Shown here piece by piece: positions 10,901 to 21,727 of a stretch of 36,321 nucleotides of DNA (its first letter is position 1; every line of letters begins with the position of its first letter). The translations under genes were made by a program, and so were the position numbers. Origin of the DNA: Vitrella brassicaformis CCMP3155 (taxonomy: Eukaryota; Protista; Chromerida); assembly GCA_001179505.1 (NCBI GenBank), contig CDMY01000653.1:1-36321 (forward strand), in the 5' to 3' direction. A model generated the notes under the pieces. That model was not told the DNA's origin. It saw nothing but the letters and a program-made list of their open reading frames with translations, and searched no databases.

Positions 10901-13900
10901 CTCTCGACGACGAATTCGCGGTGGTGTGGTGGGGCGGTGAGGTCGGTTGGGTGCTGCAGGAACAGGATGAAGGCGCCGCGGCAGTCCCATGACAGGCCGA
11001 AGGACGACAGGGATGACACCACGTCGCTGGAGGGGTGGTGGGATGCGAGCAATAGAAAATAGGCGTTCTGGAGCTGGTGGAGCTGGTAGAAGGCGTAAGT
11101 GTTGGCCTCATGGGCTGGCATGCCGGCAACTGACACGCAAATGAAACACACAGGTGTCTGTCTGTCCCTGTGTCAATCGTGCTGTGCTGTGCTGTGCTGT
11201 GCTCACCTGAAGGTTTGCGATCGTTGGCTACGGCTACAGTGGGGGGCACTGGGTGGGCCCTGCGACGAACGACCTTCTTACCCCCACCTGACACACACAC
11301 ACGTACGTTAACACACACGACAATCCCACAGTCAGTCGCGTCGCCCCCAACACCTACCTCCCCCTCACCCACCCACCTCTGAGCGATGCAGATGAGGAGT
11401 CGCTGGCCCCCCCTCCCCTCCCTTTGTCAGCCCGCCGCTTGCCGCCCCTGTCTCTCTCCTTCTTCAATGGCCCGGCGCCACGCGAGCCGCCCACACCACC
11501 TTTCGGCCTCCCCTTTGCCGTCTTGGTGCTGGCCTTGCTGATCGCGTCATGCAGTGCCTGCCGGATGGCGGCCGTGGTGAGTGAGTCGGGCCGGAGGGAT
11601 GGCTGGTAGTCGCCAGAGCGGTAGCGGAAGAGGAGACGCTGGGAGGTCTCGACAATGACGCCCAGCATGGGGGAGGGGTCGCCAGTGGCCTGCTCGGCCC
11701 GCAGCTTGGCCCGCTCCATCAGCACACGGGCAGTGGCCGCCGCCTCGCTCGCCGTCAACTCCTCGTGGTCACCTGCACCCACACACACCACACACATAGA
11801 CGGGCACTAGAGATGATGTCAAGAAGGACTTCTGGCGATCCCCCCCCGGCCCCCCGCCCGCCCATCGACCGACTCGACTGACCTTTGTTGTGTGGCATGG
11901 GTATGTCGTCCTCGGTCTCTTCTGCATCCCAATCCGGCTCACTCAGCACCCCCTGACCCCCAGCAGCAGCCGCCATGGCGTTCCACCGCTCGATGGCCGC
12001 ATGCAGGGCGGGAAGTACGTCATCCTCACACGACACCGACACACCGCTCCACCTCCCGCCCTTGTCCTCGGCCTCCTCACAACCACCACCACCACCACCA
12101 CCCGCTGCTGCTGCTGCTGTGGGTGTGTTGTTGGTGGTGTTGGGTGCCCCACCCGTGACGTAGAACTTGCCAGAGAGTATCTGAGCTTTCCACTTGATGG
12201 GGAGGGCGGGCTGTGAGGGGCGGGAGGGATCGAGGTTGGTGCGACGGAGGCGATTGAGCATGAGGCGCACAAGGGTGCTGATGAGCTTGAGGGCGTCGGA
12301 CCTCCTCTGGCTGCGGGAGGGCCGCTTGCCGTTGCCATTGGCGGGTGGTGGGGGGCCCTCCACCAGCTGGCCATTGCTGCGATGCCGGGGCTTGGGCCAA
12401 CGAGACTGCATCTCCTGACAGACACAGACAGACAGACAGACAGATGAGCAACCGACCCACCACCCCCTCTCCCTTCCTCCCTCCCTCCCTGTCACCAACC
12501 TGATAGTCCTCGCTCCCGTCAGCATCGTCACCGCTCTCGCCGCTGTCACTGTCACTCTCCTCATCGCTCTCACTGCCACTGCTGCCGTCGCCACCCGAGT
12601 CGGCGCCCTGGCCGTGGTGGATCTCACGCGTGTAGTCGACGTGCCGGCGGGCCCGTTTGCCGTCGCCACCACCACCACCACCAGCGGCGGCGGCAGCGGC
12701 AGCGGCAGCGGCAGCGGCAGCGGCAGCGGCAGCAGGGGAAGCAGCCTCGCGGCAATGGTCGCTGCAGAAATACTGAGGGAACCGACGGACACAGAGAGAG
12801 AGAGACGGGGAAATGGATGCGCTTGTGTGGCGTGTGGTGTGGTTGAGTGGTGTTCTGTGGTTGGTTGGTTGTTTACTTCCTTCTCGCCCCCGTAGTTGTC
12901 ATCGAACTCGTTGAGGGACATGCCGTTGACGATCCTGATCGACATTCGACAAGGACACACAAGGGAGGAGGGAGGGAGGGAGGGATCACCAACGAAACGA
13001 AGCCACACAGGTGCGTGCGGTGCGTGTGTGTTGACTGACTGACTGACCACTCTCGGCAAGATGTGCATTTGATCTTCAATCTCGTGCCCAGGACCTTCTT
13101 GCTGTCCTTGTGGTACTTGTCCCGCAGCGCATACCGGCTGGCGGGGCCGGGGATCACCTTGGACGCCAGCAACTCACTCACCATCCCTGACATACATGAG
13201 TGAGACCAATCAACCCACCAACCATGGCAAGTTTACACACACACACAGGTGGACAGACAGGACAGGACAGAGAGGCGTTGCGTACGGTTGTACAGCTGGC
13301 GCCCCTTGCCGATGCCGGGGAACTCCAGCCGCCAAACCACAGCACAACCGTGGAATCTGCACACACACACACACACATACATATGGATGGATGGATGGAC
13401 GCATCGTTGGCTCACTTGCAGGTGCCCTGCTTGGCTGTGCACTGGCAGAAGCCCGCCGTCAGCGCGTAGCCCAGCCACAGCTTGACGGCCTCGTACTGCA
13501 CACACGCACACAAGCATCCATCCATTCCATCCACCCCTGTGTGTGTGTGCTGTGTGTGGGTACGTGGTATGGGATGAAGTTGACGGCTTCGTTGATGTTC
13601 TCGCCGGTGTTGAAGCCGAAATGGTACGCCTGACACACACACACACGCAATATGCACACAGACACAGACACACACAGACAGACAGACAGACACAGACGGA
13701 GCAGTTGATGTGAGTCGTGTGTCTGTCGTGTTTGTCACGCCCTTGTCACCCACCCACCGCAGGCAGGGTCACGACGAAGCTACGGGCACGTTGGATGACG
13801 CTGGTTACAACCACCACACCACACACCCACACGTGTGCACAACACCACCGATGCGTCCATCCCCCGTTGCCTGACTGACCTACGTACCGGTGTACGGTGA

Positions 13901-15231
13901 TGCCGTTGGCCTTGAGCCACTCGGGGTGGATGAGCAGCCGCTTGTGGCGCATGTACTCGGGACACCTCTCGTGCATCCTCTTCATCTCCTCGTTGATCAG
14001 CCGGTCCAGCCTCTTCTTGTGCTTGGCAGGCACCACGTACCACACCCTGACAGACAAACGACACACACACACACACACACACACACATGGATGGATGGAT
14101 GGTGCACACACACGGCCTTCAGGGGCCAGGGTGGGGAGGGTGTGTGTGTGTGTGGTGTGGCTGCTGACTTGACGTCGCCCCCATGGTTGTAGTTCATCGA
14201 CGCCAAATCACGGTCCTGACCACACCACACACCACACCACACACCACACCACACCACATAGCGCGCAGATACGGAGGCCATCCATCCATCCATCCATGCA
14301 TCCACTGTGTGTGTGTGTGCCAATTGGTGTGTGTGTGTCGAGTGCCCTGGTCACCTACCTCTCTGTGGTTGCCGAAGACCGTTCCGATGGACCCAAAGTA
14401 GCCGTACTGACACACACACACCACAGACATACAGACACATCATCAAGGCAAAGTCTATGGATGGCATGCGATGCATGTGTGTATCGTTTTTGTCTAGGTG
14501 TGTGTGTCTAATGCATTTATTGGATACCGGTGTGTTGATGCCTTCCATACGCGGCATCTCCCTCAGGGCGTCCCCTTTGAGGTGGTTGAGGTTGAAGGAC
14601 TTGCACCTGTCGGGCCCGTCAAAGAAGCTCGTCACGATGTTGGCCGCGTACAGCCGCGCCGCCCTCTCCTCGGGCCGCTTCTGCCCTTCCTCCTTCGACC
14701 ACTGACAGCCAACGACACACCACACCACACCACACACAGGCGGAATGGGTTCATGCGTGGGGGGTGTTGGTGCGTGTGTTGGCGTACCATATCCCAGATG
14801 CGCTTCTCGAACTGCAGGATGCCCTCGTCCTTGCCCAAGTCGATGTCAGCGGTGTCGAAGGGCAGGGCCACCTCTCTCGCCTCCAGCCGGTAGTCGTCAC
14901 CATGATACCTACCACACACACACGCACACACACACACACACAATATGTACCTCTGTCCGCCGCTTCTCCCTCCCTCTCCCTCCCTCGCCCCGACAGACTC
15001 ACTGGTCTTTGCTCTTGTTCATGGTGTCGATTTCGACTTCAAAGATGTAGGGGTGCGGCAGTTGGCCGCTGGACACCGACTGGTGGGTGCGGGTGACCCG
15101 CTGCGATAGGACCCCCTCCACATCCGTCAACTTCTCGAGGTCCTCGTACCCCGCCTCACGCGGCACCCAACCGGGGGGAGGCACCAGCTGCATGGATCGA
15201 CGGACGGGCGGATGGATTGCAAATATGCAGC

Positions 15232-15262
<31 letters not shown>

Positions 15263-15690
15263 GGGAGGGAATGTGCGAATGGACCGTTTCTGTGTCTGTG
15301 TGTCGTGCATGGATCGGTGGATGGATCGGTGGATGGATGGATGGATGGCTGCGTGAAGGCGTACCAGCAAGACTCCCTTGTTTCGGTGCTCCTCCTTGGC
15401 GAACAGGTCGCCGAGGAACTTGTTGGTGTCCTGCATGTCCTCCTCCGTCATCGCTATCGGCTCGACGGTCGGGATGTCCACCTGCCATCTGAATGAATGA
15501 ACAACAATACACCACACCACACCACACACAGAGATAGAGGGAGTGCGGTGGTGGGCATTCAATGCATGGAAGCTAAGCTGTTCGGTGGTGTGACCGGCAT
15601 TCAATGTGTCTGTCAGTGTCGTGTCGTGTGGACGGACCTGTCGATGATGTCGTGGGCAGGTGGTGCCCCCGCCGCGGCAGCGCTAGCCAT
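4913..15690 (-). CDS. KDM4/JMJD2-type JmjN-JmjC histone demethylase fused to a Cys4 motif and ~9 AP2-like modules; 30 exons, ~2,517 aa
   Basis: Exons: 15690-15638, 15488-15365, 15187-15003, 14908-14788, 14701-14528, 14406-14359, 14215-14169, 14046-13888, 13800-13758, 13629-13564, 13495-13416, 13356-13286, 13186-13048, 12934-12877, 12772-12500, 12414-11883, 11772-11377, 11287-11207, 11129-10518, 10428-9613, 9510-9088, 8999-8613, 8319-7864, 7774-7275, 7156-6932, 6804-6571, 6461-6324, 6185-5616, 5543-5481, 5392-4913. All junctions are GT-AG with matching phases; total 7,554 nt, one open frame from ATG (MASAAAAG) to TGA. Confidence 0.85.
7495..12300 (-). repeat. Array of ~80-aa AP2-like protein modules: five close copies plus four degenerate ones
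   Basis: Close copies at ~8030-8275, 8720-8965, 9225-9480, 9775-10025 and 10145-10400 share L(D/E)xYAxxRLAxLRRLN...W...WxI...(R/T)R(E)(G/A)IDKALEEAxExRNxLA. They are also similar at DNA level (e.g. ggccagccg.ttgcg..tctcga...gccttgtcga at ~8057, 9805 and 10174). Degenerate copies lie at ~7495-7720, 10815-11100, 11520-11740 and 11980-12300. The repeat is certain; the AP2 fold is inferred from the three-strand W/W pattern plus a C-terminal A..A...R helix. Confidence 0.8.
13416..15488 (-). other. JmjN + JmjC catalytic region of the large gene
   Basis: JmjN: IPTVEPIAMTEEDMQD...KGVLLLVPPPGW. JmjC: [43 protein letters not shown]...CPEYMRHK...AYHFGFNTGENINEAVNF...FCQC. Fe ligands H-x-E...H, the 2-oxoglutarate Lys, and the KDM4-type Zn site (C..H..CxC) are all present. 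Confidence 0.93.
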
Positions 15691-16496
15691 CTCGAGACGC
15701 TTCTATGTCAGCAACTATCGTCTGCTCTGCCACTCACACGCCTCAGAAGCTTCGTCAGCATCAGGTCAGGCAGCGAGCAATATGGCAGGAATGCCTACAG
15801 CAGCAGGAACTGGCTGCGGCAACGACCCTTGCGGCCAAGTGGCGGAAGAAGTAAGACTAATACCACCAAGGATGCAGCAATCGATGCATACGGTGCCCTG
15901 CCTCTCCTCCCCTCACCGCGAGACTGCATGCGAGCTTTGTAGCTCTCTAAGCGCGGAGTAGTTTCTGGTGCGCATCCACAGGCAAGAATGGATTGAGCGC
16001 AAGCCACTCAGTGCGTGTGAAGGGATGGAGTGCACCTTAGGTATCGTCTATCACATGTTGCAGGGCCTCATGGCCTGCCTGGCTATTCCCTTCTCTCTCC
16101 CTCTGCTGTCTTCCTGTCTTCCTTCCTTATGGGTCCCGTGTGTATATGGTGGTGTATTCATGTGATTGGCTGATTGTTGCTTTGGTGGCTCAGAGGGCGC
16201 TCATTTTTCTACTTCCCCCTTCTGGCTTCTGTACACTTGCCATGGCTCTTGCCGGGCGACAGCGCCCGTTCTTGTGTACGAAGCCGGAATCGGTGTTTCT
16301 CAACGTTCTACAAGGCAGCCAGTGCTCTCTGTTGCCATCTGTTTGTCCGCCGGTGCCAGTGCAGGGAGGGGTAGACAGGCCGTGTGCATGCTTTGCATGT
16401 ACATGCTGCTAGTTTAGTGCGTGAGACAACAGGATCCCTCCGGGGTTACAGACACGAGTCTCGTTAAACACACTAACCAACCAACCAACATGAGAG

Positions 16497-16838
16497 ATGC
16501 AGGCCCTGCGAAGCTCCCGGTGTTGTATCTCTGCAGCGGCAGCCTTCTCAGCGCCCTCAGCAGCAGCCCTCGCGCCATCCCGCGTCCTCCCCCTGTCCGT
16601 GAGGCAGCAGGTGCGTCACTTCACGCGCAACAACTCCAAGACCATCTTGAATCAGTGGTACGACTCACTGCCGCTGACGAAGCGGTGGAAGCGAGCCATC
16701 CGGAAGGGCACTATGGTGTGGGAGAAGGGGCAGGTGAAGATCCCGCGGCTCAAGGTGGAGGGCTATGACTGCAAGACCAATCCCTACAGGGGGCCGCTCT
16801 CCGCACTCAGGAGCCCACGCATCGAAATCCAGGACTGA
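16497..16838 (+). CDS. Small basic protein with probable mitochondrial presequence (hypothetical)
   Basis: Single-exon 113-aa ORF with GC-rich third positions. The N-terminus is Ala/Ser/Arg-rich, lacks acidic residues and ends ...VRQQVRHF; a K/R/W-rich mature part follows. Family not recognised. Confidence 0.75.
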   Translation: MQALRSSRCCISAAAAFSAPSAAALAPSRVLPLSVRQQVRHFTRNNSKTILNQWYDSLPLTKRWKRAIRKGTMVWEKGQVKIPRLKVEGYDCKTNPYRGPLSALRSPRIEIQD

Positions 16839-18542
16839 CTGACTGAGGATGTGATCTCGGAGGGAGGGACACAGGGGGGAGGGAGGGAGGAAGGGAGGTG
16901 CTTGGTGGAGGGCTGATGTGGTTGTGTTGTGCGGTGTGCGGCTGTGCGTTCGTTTGTGGTTGATTGGCATGCACCAGACTCCCGTCACCTGGCAGAGCCC
17001 GGCATCTCAGCGAAGATGCCGGGCTTTGTTGATGATGGGGATCGGGTGCTTACAAATCAGCCACAGCTCAGCTGGTGAGCCGCCAGACCAAGTGAGTTTT
17101 GGTTACCTGCACGATTGCGCAGGGGTGCATGGTGTGTACAGTAAGTAACTTGTGTGCATGATGTGATGTGCACGGACGGTTGACTGATTGATGTGGAAGC
17201 GGACCGGGGTGGGTGTGTCCATCATCCTGCCTAGCTGTGCTGGTGTGAATGGATGGGCATGGCATGGCCGGATGTGTCGGTAATCAATCTGCACGGGCTT
17301 GGCTTACACGCACATGCATTCATTAGTTAAGTTAGGGTTCAAACACACACGCACTCCCCTCACAGACAGCAGAGACAGACGGAGAGAGAGATAGGCTGGT
17401 GGCATCCATCGTCCATCCACGAGTGACTCGCATCGCACACATCCCACCCACGTATGTCATTGATTCACACATCCGCACAAACACGAGGGGGAAGGGAAGT
17501 CCATCACATCAGATCGCATTGCAGGACGGCAGGCAGGTAGCAGCTAGCACTTTGAGAAAGATCGATCAAGCCGGTCTGTCTGTCTGGGCTTAGGCAGCGC
17601 ACTTGTTGAAAAAGAAGAGCACTAGGCGTCATCTCCTCTCTCTCTGCTCTCTCTCTCTCTCTCCCTTCGCAGGCTCTCTGTGTCTGCGTGTTCAGTGTAG
17701 CTCTCGACACCCCCCGTGCACCCGTGCCAACGACGCATGAGTCGGCATCACGCGCAAAGATGCGCGGGGAGTATGAGAATCCACGCTTCACACGCAGCCA
17801 TGGAGCCTTTCTGGCACATCATGAGAATATAACGGGGCGAATCAAGCTGGCAGGGAGGGAGGGAAGCGTCGACCGACCGGTCCTTGTGTACTGGATGGAT
17901 GGATGAAAAGTCACCAAGACTGTGTGTGTGTATATCTGTTTGTCTTGGTGTGGTGTGGTGTGGGGGTAACTAACAGAAAAAACTGTGTCAGCAGCGGGCC
18001 GGGACAGCCAGCCGGCTGGTAGTGTACACGCACACGCCATACCCCACCATAACACACCACACCACACCACATAGCGCAGCAAGTAGGTGAGTGAGCTTGC
18101 AAGGAGAGCAAGTAGTAACTGAGTCAGTGAGTCAGTGAGTCAGTCAGTCAGTCAGTGGGTTGAGTTGAGCAAATCGGTCCATCCACCCACCCATATATCC
18201 CAGCAATCCGATCCGGATAACAAACACAACACGGGCTGGTATGGAAAAATATACAATCCATACGCGCACACAGCCACACACACACACGTGAGCGATCCTT
18301 CCCTCCCTCCCTCACTCACTCACTCACTCTCTGTGGCTTGCCACAATGCTGTTAACAACACGAAACGAACCCCTCTCTATATGGCTCTTCGTAACGAACG
18401 CAATGACACCAGACCGCCGCGCTCTCTCTCTCTGCCTTGCCGCCCCCTCTAGCTCGCTTGCTGCGATGTACACACCCACACTCACAATATCCCACCCCAC
18501 TCCCTCCCTGTGCGATGCACAAAGCACTGCACCGCAGCTGGA

Positions 18543-18609
18543 AGCGTCAAAAGACGACCGCCCCCCGACAGTCAGACGCGAGTGCGTCTTGTCGGGGGCA
18601 GCGTCAAAA
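18543..18609. other. Bulged GC-rich stem-loop flanked by a 10-nt direct repeat
   Basis: CCCCCGACA (18562-70) pairs with TGTCGGGGG (18590-98); AGACGC pairs with GCGTCT around a GAGT loop; 3-nt bulge GTC. AGCGTCAAAA occurs at 18543 and 18600. Confidence 0.6.
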
Positions 18610-18930
18610 CTGTCCCCATAAACCACAGCGCATTGCTGCCACTCCCTACCCTATAGTGCCGTGCCCTCCCCTCCCCTCCGCCTCTCACACTGATCTGATC
18701 CATACATAAACGTTTGTCAGCCAGTCATAGATAGCATATATGGATAGATAGGTCACATCACATCACCCGCCCCGCCAGCAACCGACCTGACCTGACACGA
18801 CACACCCGGACCGAACACACACAGAGACACACAGCCAATGGAATGCATCCACCCCATCCCTTGATTGATTGAGGGCGTCAATCGGTCCTTTGTCTTTACC
18901 TTGATATGCAAAGATCCGTGTCTCTCTCTG

Positions 18931-21629
18931 TCAGCCCCCCGCCGAGCCCCCCGTCCGTGGCGTCCCCGTGCCAACACGGGACCGCTTCTTCACCTGTGGC
19001 GGCAGCGTCGCGGCCATGCTGCACGCAGACGACCCGCTCCCACTGCCCCCCGTACCCTTGCTGCCGCCCGAGCTCGGCATGCCGTTCATCGGTCCATGGC
19101 TGCTCGGGTGTGGGCCATCCATTGGTGCCCCGGCCGACTCGCCGGACACGCCCGGGGAGCTGCTGTCCTCTGAGCAAACCATCCTCACGTCCTCGGGGGA
19201 CACACACGGACCCATGGTGCTGGTCGGGACCTGCTGGGGCGACACCTGCATCGGTACCGCACCGCCGCCACCTGACGACCGGTGGCTCGACGAGGATGGC
19301 GCCTGTGTTGTGGATGCTGCTGCTGCTGGGGGTGCGGGTGACATGTGGAATGATGGGGGCTGAGGGTGGTGGGCGGGGGCGTGGGAATGATGAGCCGCAG
19401 CGGCCATCTTCTGCGCCTCCATTGTGCGGGGTGAGAGGGGGGGCCAGATGGTGCTGGGCGGCGACCGGGGGGAGAGGTCCCTCTCCCTCGGCGACAGGGG
19501 CGGCCAGATGGTCGACGGCACGTCACGCGGGCTCTTCTCGCCTTCGCCAGCCTGCTGTGGGTGGTGGTGGGGCGCCTGATGCTTGGGCAGCTGGATGTTC
19601 TTGTGGGTGTGGGCGCGTCGCATGGCCTCGCTGCCCTGCCTCTCCTGCTCGATCGAGTCACGCCGGGACGATGGGAGGCTCTGCTGCTCTTTGTGGGGGT
19701 GGGCCTGCGCCTCTGTGGATGCGGTCGCAGCAGCAGAAGCAGCCGGGGACAGCACGAGTGACGGCGGTGGGCGGGGAGGGGCGAGCGCCGCTCTGAAGAA
19801 CACACACAGCACACACGAGAAACACAAAAAGAGAGAGATATGATGATGCATCGGGTGTGTGTGTGGTCCATGTGTGGTGCAGGCGTGTGTGTGTGCGTGT
19901 GTGTGTTGCTTACTCGCTCACCTCACTGAGTTGAACCAGGAGTGGGTGAGTGCCTGTTCGGCGGTGGGCCGGTCCTGCGGGTTGAGTTTGATGAGGTGCT
20001 TGAGCAGGTCGATGCCGGCCGGCGACATCCTCTCCTTGACGGCCGTCGCGAACTCGCTACCGACCTGCCGGAAGAACTTCTCGATCCCATACGTCATCAG
20101 GTATCTGCAGAGAGAGAGAGAGAGAGAGAGAGCGAGAGGCGGACGGACACATACTATAGTTAATGGAATGGGTATCAATCAGGGGCGTGTGGGTGCGGTG
20201 TGGGTGGCCTACGTACGTGAACTTGATGGCGACGTTGATTTTGTCGTACATGTTGGTGTGCTCGATCATGTATTGCCCCCTGAGCGGCACCGTCAGGAGG
20301 TGGAAAAATATCATACCCACCGAAAAGATGTCGGCCTGATGGATGGATAGATGGATGGACACACACACACACGCACACATGCCTCACCCTCTCGCTCTCT
20401 CTCCGTGTGCACCCGCCGCGCGTCGCGTACCTTGGGGCCGTCGTAGGGCTTCTTGGTCCACATAACGGGGTCCTGGTACTTGTTCTTGCCCCTCTTGTCA
20501 GGGATGGGCAGGTAGGGCGACTCACCCGGCCGAGCACTAGGGTTGGGCCTCAGCCGCTGCGCCATGCCGAAGTCGATCAGGATGGCGCAGTTCTGGTTGG
20601 CGGGGCAGTCGTAGCGCATCAGCACGTTCTCCACCGACAGGTCCAGGTGGACGATGCGGTGGGCGTGCATGAACCGCACACCGTCGAGGATCTGGTAGAT
20701 GAGGCGCTTGAGGCTCTCCTCCGGCACCATCGGCTTGGCGGTGAGGAACTCAAACATGTCCCCGCCGGCGGCAAACTCGCTGACAAAGTACATGTTGTGC
20801 GCGTCCTGCCCACAGTCGATCCACGTGGCGATGTTGGTCGCCGGCCCGTTCAGAATGGTCAGGTACCGGAGGCAGCCCGTGTCGCCCAGAGGCTGCTCCG
20901 TGTCGCGCTTGGCCTGGGCCTGCTGCACGAATGACTTGGGCACCATCTTGACGGCCACGTGCTTCTTCTCCTTGTGGTCGTAGTGGAGGTAGACGTGACC
21001 CTTGTTGCGCTGCGCCGCCTGCAGGACGCGGATGGCCTCGTACCGCCCCTCGCCGGTGCGCTTGTCGTACTCCTGCCAGACGCGCACGATGGCGTAGTCG
21101 GTGGGCTCCCAGGGGTGGCCCAGGAACCAGGGAAGGTCCCCCATCCGCTGGTCGTACGCCACACGGTAAGGGGGAGGCGCGAACACCTCGTCGAGCAACA
21201 TCTGCACACAGCACAGCCACGCACAGAGAGATGCAGCAGCAGCTGATATGCGTGTTCGAATGCGATGCGTCGGTGTGTGTGTGCGTGTGGTTGCTGCGCT
21301 CAGCTCACTTGCTCTGTGGGGGAGGGGGGCAGAGGGGGAGGGGGAGGGTGTGGCTCGTTCGTCGTCAGTCTTGCTGGGATGATGTGGGGAGCGGCTGATG
21401 GGATCTCTCTCGCAATGGCTGGTGTCACCACAGCGCCCGCTTGCGTCTCATCAGACACAGACAGACAGACAGGACGCTCGCAGAGAGAGGCGCACTACTT
21501 GGAAGGAAGTCTATGGCTATGGCTGTGGATGCAGTCAATGCCTAGCCGCTTGACTTGCTGCAGAATTGCCTGTGTATTCTCTAGAGAATAGGCCGAGGGA
21601 ACAAACAGGAAATCCTCCTTTGGTGACAT
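18931..21629 (-). CDS. Ser/Thr protein kinase (CAMK-like, atypical HLDLSVEN catalytic loop) with low-complexity C-terminal tail
   Basis: Exons 21201-20431, 20335-20217, 20104-19922 and 19792-18931 splice in frame. Motifs VAVK, YFVSEFAAGGDMFE, HLDLSVENVL, IDFGMA, GKNKYQDP, ADIFSVG, LNPQDRPTAEQALTHSWF. An upstream exon ends at 21309; the start (ATG at 21629?) and first junction are unresolved. Confidence 0.85.
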
Positions 21630-21727
21630 CAGACAGCCTCTTTTACGAAATGCATGCGCTCTAAACCACAACCTCAGCCAGTCCGCCCTTGTCGGTTGGT
21701 CTCCCTTCTCACCTGCCGTCCGTCTGG

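Noticed and set aside
4796-12425. Long plus-strand ORFs opposite the demethylase gene
   Set aside because: Antisense shadows of GC3-rich coding sequence, with no motifs or splice logic of their own.
11755-13068. 437-aa ORF taken at face value (PLPLPL/VVVV run)
   Set aside because: It crosses introns; exon 12772-12500 is read in a different frame (YFCSDHC...poly-Ala/Gly, acidic) once spliced.
21440-21629. Possible stop-codon readthrough: MSPKEDF...LPSK-TAG is in frame with the next kinase exon
   Set aside because: The intervening DNA is intron-like (GACA)n/(CT)n; an unresolved splice junction is more parsimonious without cDNA.
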